The notes beneath the pieces are model-generated. The model was not told where the DNA came from, searched no databases, and saw nothing but the letters and a program-made list of their open reading frames with translations. A DNA stretch of 39,105 nt from a virus (Duplodnaviria > Caudoviricetes). The translations under genes and the position numbers were made by a program. The stretch is taken from IMG/VR virus record IMGVR_UViG_3300025571_000012, positions 1-39,105 of that record; one strand, 5' to 3'. How positions within the stretch are numbered: position 1 is the first letter of the stretch; every line of letters starts with the position of its first letter. Below are positions 8,245-18,333 of this stretch, piece by piece.

Positions 8245-11136
8245 TCATTCGCCAGAGGCGAAGAGGAGCGAGTCTGCGGAGTTGCGAACGCGAACCGGAA
8301 TGTAGATGAATTCAATGGCACGGACCGGCTTGATCGCGATGTCGATCCACAGCTCGTTCCGGTCACGACGCTCCGGTGTGTTGTTCGTCTCGTCGCAAAG
8401 AACGGCAGCGTCCTCAATAGCGCGCAGCGTCATGAGACCCGCAAGGAAGCGTTCGACGGTGAGACGAGCCGCGTCGCGGGTTTGCTGGTCATTCTGCTCG
8501 AACAGGAACGGCTTGACGATATTATCGAGGTTATACCTCAGATAATTCATCAGACGCGCGACGTTCACGCGATCCAGAGCAGAGTCCAGCGGTGAGAGTG
8601 TCTTCTGACCGTAGATGACCAGACCGCGATTGGGGATGAATGCAATCGGGTTGATCTTGTTCAGGTAGAGCACGTCGCGCTGACCCTGGTTGAGCAGAAC
8701 CGGACGGAACTCGCCCTCGTCAGTGAGGTAGCCGACCGTGGTGGCCGCCGTAACGACGCCGCGACGGAAACCTGCCGGGGCGAACCAGGGATACGCGACG
8801 CTGTCGTTGTACGCATAGGTGCACAGCGCCAGCGTGGACGGCGGGATCATGACCTCGGCACCATCCACGTTTCGCCCAAGACCCCACGGATAGTAGATAG
8901 CCGTGTAGCGGTCGGCAGTCGAAAGGCCTTCCTCGCCGTTCGGGTACCCGTTCGGGTTCTTCGCCCAACGCTCGAACTCACTCGCCAGTGGCTTCAGGCG
9001 ACACGGTGTGTCAGCGATGATGAAGGAGATTTCCTTCTGCTGCTGGTTCAAAGCCACGAGCTCGTCAGTGAGCTCTGGATAGCCCGGAGCGGCCATGAGG
9101 TTGAAGTAGACAAGCTCCGAGCGAAGGTCCTCGTTCTGGTTTATCGCCGCCGCCATGGCCTCGACGATGACTTTGCGCTGCGCCTTGCGTCCCATGTACG
9201 GCGACCCGTCCAGGCGGTTGCCTGAAGCCGTGACCCATCGACCCGCATTCTCGACTGGCGGGAAGACATAGTTCGGGTCACCCACCGTGTAGGAGTGGTG
9301 CAGGTAGTTGGTGTTCGGGTCGAAGTTTCCGTCTTCAAAGTACCGAGGACGCCAGACCTTGACGTTGTAGGTCGAGTAGCGCGTATTGAAGAGGAGCATG
9401 CCAGCCGGATACAGGCGCGGATCAGGCGCGTCCGGATCGACGTAGTCCGAGTCAAGCATGTCCTCGATACGCTCCGATCGATAGCGGAAGCCACCGACGT
9501 GCGGGAGCGGCTCGCCCTCAAACGGAACACCGGAGTCGGCGCGGGCGTCAGCGAAAATGATGCCAAACGGCGTGGTCTGGTCGGTGATATCGACGCGGCG
9601 CCAACGCAGCGACGACTTGTCGTAGCGATATAGGGCCGGATAGTTCTCGGTATCGGACGTGTCGATCCAGAGATCGTTGTCCTCCAGGGGCGTACCGTCC
9701 GACTGCATGATGGGCTGCGAGCCCATCAGGATGACACCCTTCGGGTCGGTCTCCGGATAGTAGCGGCGGTAGGCAATCCAAGTGTTGCCGTCGCCAACCA
9801 TGATATCAACGCGCAAGTCGGTATTGTACCAGAGGCGGCCGTCCTCGGGCTCCTCAGTCGGAGCTTCGAACGACGCCACATAGTCGAGCGGGTTCCAGCG
9901 CGTGCCGTCGAAGCGGCGCAGCTGCTGAACGCCGGTCGCCTGGTCGAAACCAACGTAGATGGTGCCAGCGGCAGGGGTACCGAAGCGGCTTCTGGCGGCG
10001 GCATCCTTGTTAGGATTGGTCTCGGGCGCCATCGAGTCGAACGGCAGGAACGGTGCGGCGACGTTCGTCCAGGAGTAGGTCGCGGACGAGAAGAACTTCA
10101 CGACCCAGTTTGCACCCTTGTTCGGGGACGTTCCCTTAACCCAGACGCTACCCTCGGAGTAACCGGCCGGGTACTGGGCGTCGGCCGTGCGAACGACCTG
10201 AACGCCGCGATATGTGCCCGGCTCGATGCCAAGGGTGGCGAGCGGAGTTCCGGTTCGGTTCTCGATGGAGATGTTTCCACCAGCGACGTTGCGGATGACG
10301 AGGCGACCGGCCTCAATGAGAGCGGTGATGTTGGGGATGCTCGCCGAGATGATCGCGTCGCGGATACCCGGCAGCGAACCATCGGAGAGTGTGACCGTGG
10401 CGCCGTTGATGATGATCTGATCGCCGCTGGTGACGACGGGCGGGTTGGCGGCTCCGACGACAGAGGTCGGCCGAGCGGCCTTCCAGGCGGCCGAACCGAT
10501 TTCGTACCACTCACCGGCGATCTTCTCGAAAATCAGGTTGTTCGAGACCGATGTGACAACGGCGAAATCGCCGTTCTGACCGATGGACGGCAGCGGCCGA
10601 TCCTGTCCGTCAACCTCCTCGACATCGAACTCGGTGCAGGCGATGACCTTCTGGGCCTCCCAGGCAAAACCAGGGTTGGCGTTTCCGTTGTTCTGGAAGA
10701 CGCCGAACGTCGTCTCCGAGAGGTCGAGCCAGTACGTGCCGGGGATCGGCATTCCGCGCGGCGGAGTGTCGGACGGCTCAAGCTGGGCGAGGTCGATGTC
10801 GGCGCGCAGGACGTAGCAGCGGTTGCTGTACCCGAGGTAGGTATAAGCCGCGTGCAGTCCGTACTCGTTGAGCTCGTGGCCGTGAATCTGCGTACCCTGA
10901 ACCGAATAGAAGTGCGGGTTGCCGAAGTTCTGAACAAGCTCGCGCTGAGAAGTGGCCAGGAACAGCTTTCCCGCATTCTCCGGCATCGAGTACGGCGCAT
11001 AACCAGTACCGGACGGAGACAGCTTGTTGGCCGCCGTGGCCATGACGATCAGAGGAACTGTACCGGCGCCAGCGGAAGCGTAAAAGCTTTCATCGATAAT
11101 TTGTACATCGACGCCGGGTGAGACGAGTGTCGCCAT
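8245..11136 (-). CDS. Contractile tail sheath protein (T4 gp18-like), 963 aa
   Basis: Starts MATLVSPGV after AAGGAG RBS. C-terminal YPWFAPAGFRRG, INPI, GQKT, SALDRVNVARL, FEQND, CDETNNT and IEFIYIP motifs. Confidence 0.95.
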   Translation of the reverse strand: MATLVSPGVDVQIIDESFYASAGAGTVPLIVMATAANKLSPSGTGYAPYSMPENAGKLFLATSQRELVQNFGNPHFYSVQGTQIHGHELNEYGLHAAYTYLGYSNRCYVLRADIDLAQLEPSDTPPRGMPIPGTYWLDLSETTFGVFQNNGNANPGFAWEAQKVIACTEFDVEEVDGQDRPLPSIGQNGDFAVVTSVSNNLIFEKIAGEWYEIGSAAWKAARPTSVVGAANPPVVTSGDQIIINGATVTLSDGSLPGIRDAIISASIPNITALIEAGRLVIRNVAGGNISIENRTGTPLATLGIEPGTYRGVQVVRTADAQYPAGYSEGSVWVKGTSPNKGANWVVKFFSSATYSWTNVAAPFLPFDSMAPETNPNKDAAARSRFGTPAAGTIYVGFDQATGVQQLRRFDGTRWNPLDYVASFEAPTEEPEDGRLWYNTDLRVDIMVGDGNTWIAYRRYYPETDPKGVILMGSQPIMQSDGTPLEDNDLWIDTSDTENYPALYRYDKSSLRWRRVDITDQTTPFGIIFADARADSGVPFEGEPLPHVGGFRYRSERIEDMLDSDYVDPDAPDPRLYPAGMLLFNTRYSTYNVKVWRPRYFEDGNFDPNTNYLHHSYTVGDPNYVFPPVENAGRWVTASGNRLDGSPYMGRKAQRKVIVEAMAAAINQNEDLRSELVYFNLMAAPGYPELTDELVALNQQQKEISFIIADTPCRLKPLASEFERWAKNPNGYPNGEEGLSTADRYTAIYYPWGLGRNVDGAEVMIPPSTLALCTYAYNDSVAYPWFAPAGFRRGVVTAATTVGYLTDEGEFRPVLLNQGQRDVLYLNKINPIAFIPNRGLVIYGQKTLSPLDSALDRVNVARLMNYLRYNLDNIVKPFLFEQNDQQTRDAARLTVERFLAGLMTLRAIEDAAVLCDETNNTPERRDRNELWIDIAIKPVRAIEFIYIPVRVRNSADSLLFASGE

Positions 11137-11168
11137 CCTAATATCTCCTTGAAAAACTTTGTTGGAGA

Positions 11169-11174
11169 TATTTA
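11169..11174 (-). promoter_or_regulatory. Late promoter TAAATA (sheath)
   Basis: Motif about 32 nt upstream of the sheath ATG. Confidence 0.65.
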
Positions 11175-11269
11175 GTGTTCGGCGCACAAAAGGATGGATT
11201 TGGCGAGAAACAAAATGGCGGCATAATCATGCCGCCCTCCACTCCGCGCAAACGCGGAAAACTTTAGTT

Positions 11270-11911
11270 TCAGATGGACACTGTTATCTCATCCAAGGGC
11301 AAGTCAGTACCGTCCTCGATAACGGCACAGGAGAGCGTTCCAGTGAAGACGCAGCCGCTGTCTACGTTGGTGCGATAGGGACCTATTCTCATTCTATCGT
11401 CGGGCGTATGCCCGTGGACAATGTACTTCTCGAACGGCCCCTTGTGACGCAGGAACTCATCCCTGATCCAGAGCAGGTCTTGCTCCTTCTGTTCGCTGAG
11501 CGGAACACCTGGCTTCACCCCGGCATGGCAGTAGAAATGCCGCTCGGTCTCAAAGGATACCTTCATCTCGTGCAGGAACCGGATGTACTTGGGGTCCACC
11601 TGCTCTGGCGCATCGACCGAGAAGCTGTTCAGGGTCTCGTAGCCGCCGTTCCCCAGGAACATCCGCAGCATCAGGAGGTCACCATCGAGACTGGAAAGAA
11701 GCATTTCCTCGTGATTGCCGCGAAGTTTGATGATGTCTGGGCGATCCATGAGGATGTCGAGAACGCGCTTGCTGTCCGGTCCTCGGTCAATGTAGTCGCC
11801 GAGCGTGATGATGCGGTGTTCCCTCCCTTGGTGGAACTTGTCGATCTTGGCGAGCATCGCCTCTAAATGATCGGCGCACCCATGAATGTCACCAATGGCA
11901 AAAGTAAGCAT
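11270..11911 (-). CDS. Calcineurin-like metallophosphoesterase (Ser/Thr phosphatase family)
   Basis: GDIHG, GDYIDRG, GNHE, HAG and HGHT motifs. Confidence 0.9.
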   Translation of the reverse strand: MLTFAIGDIHGCADHLEAMLAKIDKFHQGREHRIITLGDYIDRGPDSKRVLDILMDRPDIIKLRGNHEEMLLSSLDGDLLMLRMFLGNGGYETLNSFSVDAPEQVDPKYIRFLHEMKVSFETERHFYCHAGVKPGVPLSEQKEQDLLWIRDEFLRHKGPFEKYIVHGHTPDDRMRIGPYRTNVDSGCVFTGTLSCAVIEDGTDLPLDEITVSI

Positions 11912-11921
11912 ACACTCCCCT

Positions 11922-12491
11922 CTATGCCGTGTATCCGAGCAAATTCCTGATCGCCGCCTTTCCGTTAGCGTTTAGATTTCTGGTGCCTACGCCGGTCCAA
12001 ACCCCATTAGGCACGGGCGGCATATCAATGGACTTCCATTCTCGATCCCACACCAGCCACTGCGACTTATTTTGATCAAAGACATAAGCGGGATGTCGTA
12101 TGTCATTGCGATCGATAAACATTTGCACAGCCCACGCAGTCCCTCCGGATACCCGTCCTTGATCATCAATGTGCGAGACGGCATAGATCGAGGTGGCATA
12201 CTTTATCTGCCAGAAATTACGCCGAAGCAGGCAGTTTACGTAATGGTTCCCGCTTGGGAATTTTCGTCGCAGGCGTTCGTTGGCTATCATGAGTGCCTCG
12301 TCGGCCTCCAGAAGCATTTCTTCCGGCAGGACAACGAGTTCGCTTTCCGGAGCCAGAGAGCGATGACCTCGGAATGAAAAATGGATGACCTGGTGCCCCA
12401 TGGTGCCTGCGACCATTCCCCACTGGAGATCGGCCCCTTCAGCGCCACCAGACAAACAAACAGGCTGGTTTCCAATGATCATCGCTTCCAT
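11922..12491 (-). CDS. Conserved phage protein, SLOG/DprA-like nucleotide-binding fold
   Basis: LSGGAEGAD, LLRRN, SGGTAWAV and GVGTR motifs. Confidence 0.6.
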   Translation of the reverse strand: MEAMIIGNQPVCLSGGAEGADLQWGMVAGTMGHQVIHFSFRGHRSLAPESELVVLPEEMLLEADEALMIANERLRRKFPSGNHYVNCLLRRNFWQIKYATSIYAVSHIDDQGRVSGGTAWAVQMFIDRNDIRHPAYVFDQNKSQWLVWDREWKSIDMPPVPNGVWTGVGTRNLNANGKAAIRNLLGYTA

Positions 12492-12497
12492 CAGGTA

Positions 12498-13154
12498 TCA
12501 CGGAGCCCCGATTTCTTCAAGTTCAAGGAGTCTCTGAACCTCTTTATAAAGTTCCGCGATGCTCCCGCTGTTCTCGACTGTTGCGTCAACAGGAAAGCCG
12601 ATCCATGCCCACTCACTTTCGTGTACTTTGACGGCATCAAGCATCTTCTTCCGCGCCAGTTCATCGCCCTCATTGGCAGCGCGGGCGATTTCGAACCACT
12701 CGGGATCGTCTCCCCGCTTGACACGAATGACTGTTCCGCCCAGCCGCCTGGTCATTTCCAACTCGTTCCAGAAGCGACCGTCGGTGATCACGACGTTTTG
12801 GTCGGGGTTTTCTTCCCGGATGATGGTGATGCGTCGCTCGACGTTAAAGACCCACAGGTCCTGATGAAAATGCTTTCTGAGGCTATGGGTGCCGATGTTC
12901 TGCAAGGCCCATCTCGGCGTGAAATGTGGGATACCCAGCTTCTCGGCCCACCATTTGTCCACCCGATCGCGCCATTCGCGGCTTTCCGGCGTTTTTCCTT
13001 CCAGGAGGTCACGATCCCAGCAGAAGATGGCAGCGCATGTGTCCTTCAGAGCGTCGGCGAAGGCCATACAATGGTAGTTGTAATGATTGCAGAGGAACTT
13101 GCCGACAGTATCCTTCCCGCAGCCGATGAAACCAACTAAAGCAACAATATTCAT
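12498..13154 (-). CDS. Deoxynucleoside monophosphate kinase (T4 gp1-like)
   Basis: P-loop GFIGCGKDT, FADALKD, TPRWALQNIGT, ITDGRF and HESE motifs. Confidence 0.9.
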   Translation of the reverse strand: MNIVALVGFIGCGKDTVGKFLCNHYNYHCMAFADALKDTCAAIFCWDRDLLEGKTPESREWRDRVDKWWAEKLGIPHFTPRWALQNIGTHSLRKHFHQDLWVFNVERRITIIREENPDQNVVITDGRFWNELEMTRRLGGTVIRVKRGDDPEWFEIARAANEGDELARKKMLDAVKVHESEWAWIGFPVDATVENSGSIAELYKEVQRLLELEEIGAP

Positions 13155-13309
13155 TGAGACACTTCCTAAAATAGAATCTCATTATACAGGCATGCCTCGA
13201 CGACGGGAAATTCCTGTTCCAACTGAATTTCAACATCGACGCCCAAACGATTAATATAACAGAGCGGGCTCCGTGCATTAATATTCATAATCTTTTCAGG
13301 AGAACTTAA

Positions 13310-14509
13310 ATGTCAGTCATTATTGAGGGTTCGAAAATTCTCCTGTCGCGCGTCAAGATCGGGGGCGCGGGACGATCCATCGATTGGTCGAAACCTGTCG
13401 AACCAGTGCAGGTCTCTCCAGGCATTGGAGTAAACGAGAAACCCGGAAGGCGACATGGCTTTTCCGTCTCGATCTCGGACGACGCCAACACTATCTTCAT
13501 TGGAAATCTGTATTCACTCGATGACGACATCGAGGGCGTCATCTGGATGAAGAATGGCTCCTGGGTGTCTCAGGACATCGTCGTTACGGACCAGACAAGT
13601 TCGCCCGGTACTGGGTACACCAAGGGTCTTTTGAGTGGAGACGGAAATGTTTTCATCGGTACTAACGTATTCAATAATTCGGCGGCCCGCATCGATTGCT
13701 ATACGCGTACGGGAAATATCTGGACAAGAGATCAGCTTCTGACAGTGTCGGGAGGCTATTATCGCGACTTTGCTATCGACCGAGCTGGAAAAACACTTGT
13801 TGCTGTCTCGCGCATCGGAAGCACCAGCCGAATTCATACCTACACTCGTTCGGGTGAGACGTGGATCGAGGCGGGATCAACTACCATCCCGGTCGGTACC
13901 AACTGTTCGGTGGCCCTCTCGGCTGATGGTCAAACTCTCGTGGTCGGAGACAAAAACGCCACTATCGGCAGCGCCACCAATACCGGTCGCGTCATCGTCT
14001 ACAATCGCAGCGGAAACAGTTGGACGCAGGCCGCGATCCTTCAACATTCGTCACCAGTTACTGGGACATATTTCGGCGACCGTGTCTTCCTAACCCCGGA
14101 CGGCAATCGTCTTTTTGCCGCCGGTAGCATCATCAGCTCGATCCCCCAGGCGTCACAGGTCAAGCAATACGTCCGCATCGATGGTGTCTGGCAAGGGGTT
14201 GGTGATTTCACCGTTCCCGGTGTGGTCCAATCCGACCGCCTGGCTCAATCGATGGCGTTCAACGCTGACGGGACGATCATGGCCGTGTCGGCTTCGAACA
14301 AGGATAAGGGTCGCGTCTGGGTCTATTCACTCAAGAACGATCAGTGGACCCTTGAGCAAGAGTTCTCCTACCCAGGAGAAAGCAAACTCGCTGGCTTCGG
14401 CTCGGCCCTTGCCATGAATACCGATGGACGAAAGTTGGTCATTTCCGCTCCGTACACCAGCGACGGCGTAAACGACTATTGCGGAACTGTTTATCTCTAC
14501 GAAGTCTGA
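13310..14509 (+). CDS. Beta-propeller repeat protein (FG-GAP/WD40-like)
   Basis: About seven repeats of the type SVALSADGQTLVVG...GRVIVY...W; AGGAG RBS. Confidence 0.75.
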   Translation: MSVIIEGSKILLSRVKIGGAGRSIDWSKPVEPVQVSPGIGVNEKPGRRHGFSVSISDDANTIFIGNLYSLDDDIEGVIWMKNGSWVSQDIVVTDQTSSPGTGYTKGLLSGDGNVFIGTNVFNNSAARIDCYTRTGNIWTRDQLLTVSGGYYRDFAIDRAGKTLVAVSRIGSTSRIHTYTRSGETWIEAGSTTIPVGTNCSVALSADGQTLVVGDKNATIGSATNTGRVIVYNRSGNSWTQAAILQHSSPVTGTYFGDRVFLTPDGNRLFAAGSIISSIPQASQVKQYVRIDGVWQGVGDFTVPGVVQSDRLAQSMAFNADGTIMAVSASNKDKGRVWVYSLKNDQWTLEQEFSYPGESKLAGFGSALAMNTDGRKLVISAPYTSDGVNDYCGTVYLYEV

Positions 14510-14511
14510 GA

Positions 14512-14531
14512 GGAGGGTCTTCGGACCCTCC
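14512..14531. terminator. Hairpin terminator between convergent genes
   Basis: GGAGGGTC-TTCG-GACCCTCC. Confidence 0.65.
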
Positions 14532-14561
14532 CTCATTGCCGCTGCTACCGATAGATCGTTG

Positions 14562-14975
14562 TCACGGCGCCAGCGGAAGATCGCCCACAACTCCCGTCAG
14601 ATGCGACTTTCGTCCGAAGACGAAGCCACACGTGTCGAGAGGCAGATAGTGCACCACATCCCCGTCCCGAAGAGGATACGTTGGATCATGAACAACCCCG
14701 GCATGGAAGCCGAGCTCACGAGCGATCGAAATTGTCTCGTACATCTGCCGTGCGTTGACGCCGAGCGTGACCGTCGTGCCGAACCCCTTGCTGGTTTGCG
14801 CAACCCACTCCTCATAGAGATCGCGGTCGCTGGGGTCCATGAGGGTCGCTATGCATTGGTTGGCAGCGTGCGCTCCCTGTGCCACAGCCTTTCCCGGATT
14901 CATGGACGCAAGATCGGTGCGCATAAGAATGTAAAGGCAGACAATTTCGTCTTTATTAACAGTTGAATCCTTCAT
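14562..14975 (-). CDS. pth2: Peptidyl-tRNA hydrolase type 2 family protein
   Basis: ILMRTDL-x-M-x-PGKAVAQGAHA signature; C-terminal DLPL. Confidence 0.8.
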   Translation of the reverse strand: MKDSTVNKDEIVCLYILMRTDLASMNPGKAVAQGAHAANQCIATLMDPSDRDLYEEWVAQTSKGFGTTVTLGVNARQMYETISIARELGFHAGVVHDPTYPLRDGDVVHYLPLDTCGFVFGRKSHLTGVVGDLPLAP

Positions 14976-15034
14976 TATCCCCCAATATCGTTCATTAAAA
15001 GATCAAAAATACGCAGAATTATCCCCTTCGCCTG

Positions 15035-15454
15035 TCATGTCATGATGGGCGCCCATCGAAGGGAAAACGCAAGCGCATCTTCAAATCGAGCAAAAAGAAG
15101 GAGAATGTATTCCTCCTTTTTCGCATTATCATTGGTGGATGGCTCAGAATCGTCGTCGTCGTTTCCAACCTGGTGCTTTTCCTTGATCTCGGCCAACACT
15201 AGTTTCGGCTTGCTTCTCGGGTTGTCCTTGAACCATTCGGCAACCTCATCCGTCCATGCGAACAGAGGCTTCTTTCGTTTCACGGGGTCGGGCTTCCAGA
15301 TACCCCGACGGTACAGGATCAATCCCAGCGGCGACGGGTCTACAATCCGGATAGCGTATTTCTTCCAGCGAGAAGATTTACGGATGCCCCACTCCACATA
15401 GTCCCTGAGCTCAGAACCATCGTCGAGAATCTCAAAGGCCATGTTATCGAGCAT
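15035..15454 (-). CDS. Hypothetical protein
   Basis: GGAGG RBS; 139-aa ORF ending in a phage-typical F..EDALAFSLRW motif. Confidence 0.65.
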   Translation of the reverse strand: MLDNMAFEILDDGSELRDYVEWGIRKSSRWKKYAIRIVDPSPLGLILYRRGIWKPDPVKRKKPLFAWTDEVAEWFKDNPRSKPKLVLAEIKEKHQVGNDDDDSEPSTNDNAKKEEYILLLFARFEDALAFSLRWAPIMT

Positions 15455-15593
15455 GCAAATCCCTCCTGCAATAGCGTTGTTCGCTATCTACAACATCACA
15501 AAACGATTGTCATCTGTAAAAAGGACAGGAACCGTTCTTGTGAATACCAATTCTCGGCGGATTTGATAAACGATAACGCGGCGTGACCCTGTT

Positions 15594-16352
15594 CTAACCG
15601 ATGATGAATGGCATGCCGTCGTGGGAATCGATGAACTGAAGCAGCTCCGCCTCCAGCTTCTCCTTCTCTGCGGCTCCCTCGGTCTTCAAGGCGTCGCCCT
15701 TGAGCGAGATTCCCCCCTGTGGACCGGCAAGCGATGAGAATTTGGAGTAGGCCTCACCAAGCATGATCTTCGCGCAGGCCGTTGCATAGGCCCTGATCCA
15801 CGGCTTGGCATACGGGTCCCTCAGGAGCACGTCCTCCGTCTTGGTCATATAGACATGCAAGACCACCTCCTCGTCCGACGTGAAGCGGCGATGGACGAAC
15901 AGCTTCTTGGTGGCGGCATTCCAGGTGAACATCAAGTCGCGACCGAACATGCGACCGATCAGTTCCTGGTAACCCATAGCGAGCTCGTACTGCGCCAGAA
16001 TGCCTGTCCCACCACCAAGGCCGCCAGGGTTCGTCAGAAGGTAGATATTGTTCGTGAACGCGAGAGAGAATGGATCAATGCTCGCGCCACCCCCGGCGGT
16101 GGCGCCAATGGAGCGGCGATAGATGTCCCGAACCTCCTGAACCTCGTCCGGAAGAGTGTAGGTGCTCACATCCGGCTGAACTTCGAGGAAGATAAAGCTC
16201 TCCTCCATCGCATTGTTCGACCTCTGGCGATACACCTCCAATGTTTGCTTTATGGCAAGGTCGAGATGTGCAGGATCAAGCTCGACATCAACCATTCCGT
16301 CGCCGAGCGCGAGCTTGATTTCCGCCATGAGTTCTTCGCGGAGTGGGGACAT
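15594..16352 (-). CDS. Neck protein / head-tail adaptor (T4 gp13-like)
   Basis: LALGDGMVDVELD, WIRAYATA, LGEAYSKF, GPQGGISLKG and terminal FIIG; TAAATA at 16388-16393. Confidence 0.85.
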   Translation of the reverse strand: MSPLREELMAEIKLALGDGMVDVELDPAHLDLAIKQTLEVYRQRSNNAMEESFIFLEVQPDVSTYTLPDEVQEVRDIYRRSIGATAGGGASIDPFSLAFTNNIYLLTNPGGLGGGTGILAQYELAMGYQELIGRMFGRDLMFTWNAATKKLFVHRRFTSDEEVVLHVYMTKTEDVLLRDPYAKPWIRAYATACAKIMLGEAYSKFSSLAGPQGGISLKGDALKTEGAAEKEKLEAELLQFIDSHDGMPFIIG

Positions 16353-16765
16353 TGGTGTGAACCGTAGCGTGATGATGCTTCGGTTCGTATTTATGTTTCC
16401 GTTCGTTCACCAAAATGTGGCCCCTCTCCAGAGCCTGCCAGAACAGCGGAATGAATTGGAACAAATGGAACGTCCCTTGGACGCGGGTCAGTCCCTCTTG
16501 TTAGTATTCATTTTCCTGAAAAAGGTTGTTCCATATTTCGAACAAAATTTACGTCGATGAGCTACTTACGGATGGCCACTTTTCAGTTTCACGCCGATTG
16601 GCTATTAGTTAACCGTTTAGCCTGTTCTAAGGAATGACTTATCAACAGCCTTCCCATTTTTGAACAGTGGATAAGACAGATTGACTCGTAGGACTGTTCC
16701 ATTTAGTGAACCGGGCAGCGGGCGGCGCGTGCCGCTGCACCGTTTTGCATGGGTCTAGTTGGCGT

Positions 16766-17218
16766 ATGGTTAAAATTCTCGGTTCCGTCTCGTCGCTGCT
16801 GGCGAAATACAATCCTTGGTCTGCCAAGAACCAGGAGCAGTACGAGCAGAGTCGCGAGGAGAAAATCCGTACCACAATAGCCCTCGCGAAGAACGTGGCT
16901 GCTCTGGCGGCTTTTTCAAGCCCTCGGCTCCTGGAAGCTGACAAGAAGCTTTCAAATCACCTCCAGACCGCCTATCAGCCTCCCAAGGGACCGCAGGACC
17001 TCAGCAAGTATTACCTGCGGAAAGACAAGGCGTTCGATTATAACTATCTGAAGTCTCTGCCCGACGATACCATCCCATTTGTCGTAGTCGGGTCGCTTGT
17101 GCGGTTCTATGGCATGAAGATCACGCCGAGCCTCAAGCTCGTTGTGCAGCGGTACGCAGAAGTCCTCAATGACCTTAAGGGTCCGATGGGAGATTCACCG
17201 GACGCGAGGGTTCGCTAA
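16766..17218 (+). CDS. Hypothetical protein
   Basis: Open frame from GTG 16706; ATG 16766 chosen as the more likely start. Confidence 0.55.
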   Translation: MVKILGSVSSLLAKYNPWSAKNQEQYEQSREEKIRTTIALAKNVAALAAFSSPRLLEADKKLSNHLQTAYQPPKGPQDLSKYYLRKDKAFDYNYLKSLPDDTIPFVVVGSLVRFYGMKITPSLKLVVQRYAEVLNDLKGPMGDSPDARVR

Positions 17219-17221
17219 ATA
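17216..17221 (+). promoter_or_regulatory. Late promoter TAAATA, 5 nt before ATG 17227
   Basis: TAAATA-ggcgt-ATG. Confidence 0.65.
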
Positions 17222-17226
17222 GGCGT

Positions 17227-18306
17227 ATGCCGCGCCTGACCCTCTGGAAAAACGGTCAACGAACCAAGGACTTCCATTTCACGGATCGGATAATCTCGGA
17301 GTTCTTTTTCGCCTCCGGGACCGGCGTCTTGGTGCACAAGTATCTTGGACATCACGACCAGCGGGAAGAGTCGCCTGACGGCTCTCCCCTTCCGGAGATC
17401 AGGATCGACGAGCTGTCGATCCAGGATGTCCTGTTCCTTGAGAACCGGGACCGCAAGTACTCTCAGGAAGTCTACGAGCTTCGCGGTATCTACAACGTCC
17501 AGGACAACGATTTCGACCTGCGGCAGTTTGGCCTGTTCCTGACTGGCGACACGATCTTCATCGAGTTTCACCTTCAGGACATGATCAACACCCTCGGGCG
17601 GAAGCTCATGACGGGAGACGTGCTTGAGCTGCCCCACCTGAGGGACGACGCTCTTCTCGATCCAAATGCCCCGGCCATCAACAAGTTCTACGTGGTGACC
17701 GAGGCGTCCCGTGCGTCAGGAGGCTACTCGGCCACGTGGTTGCCTCACATCTGGCGCGTGAAGATGGAGCCCATCACCAACGGCCAGAGCTACCGGGACA
17801 TCCTCGACAAGCAGGCGCAAAACCCCTTCGGTATCGATCAGGGCGTCCTCGGTGAACTCATGGGCCAGGTAGCCAAGGAGATGGAGATCAACGAGGCCGT
17901 CGTCGAAGCCGCCAAAGAGAGCGTCAAGGCACGCAACTTCGAGACGCGCCACTTCTGGGTCATGCCAGGCGACGAAACGACCCGCCAGAAGCCCTGGGTC
18001 TTCGCTGGCGACGGCGTTCCACCGAACGGTGCCATTCCGATTGGCTCGGGCACGACCTTCCCCCAGTACAAGAGTGAAGGAGACTATTTCCTGCGGACCG
18101 ACTACGAACCCCACACCCTCTTCCGCTGGATCGAGGGCCGCTGGATCATACAGGAGGTCGATTACAGGCGCGGTGGCTGGTCGATGGCTCACCGCATCCT
18201 TGAGACCTTCATCAACAACGACAAGATGACCGTCTTCCGCGACGGCTCGGTCGAAAAGCAGCGCCAGCCACTCTACCGAGCCGTCAAGCCAAAGGCCGAC
18301 TTCTGA
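17227..18306 (+). CDS. Neck / head closure protein (T4 gp14-like)
   Basis: IQDVLFLENRDRKY, DLRQFGLFL, GDVLELPH and PHIWRVK motifs. Confidence 0.8.
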   Translation: MPRLTLWKNGQRTKDFHFTDRIISEFFFASGTGVLVHKYLGHHDQREESPDGSPLPEIRIDELSIQDVLFLENRDRKYSQEVYELRGIYNVQDNDFDLRQFGLFLTGDTIFIEFHLQDMINTLGRKLMTGDVLELPHLRDDALLDPNAPAINKFYVVTEASRASGGYSATWLPHIWRVKMEPITNGQSYRDILDKQAQNPFGIDQGVLGELMGQVAKEMEINEAVVEAAKESVKARNFETRHFWVMPGDETTRQKPWVFAGDGVPPNGAIPIGSGTTFPQYKSEGDYFLRTDYEPHTLFRWIEGRWIIQEVDYRRGGWSMAHRILETFINNDKMTVFRDGSVEKQRQPLYRAVKPKADF

Positions 18307-18333
18307 GGCATCAAGGGGCAAAGGCGCCCCTGG

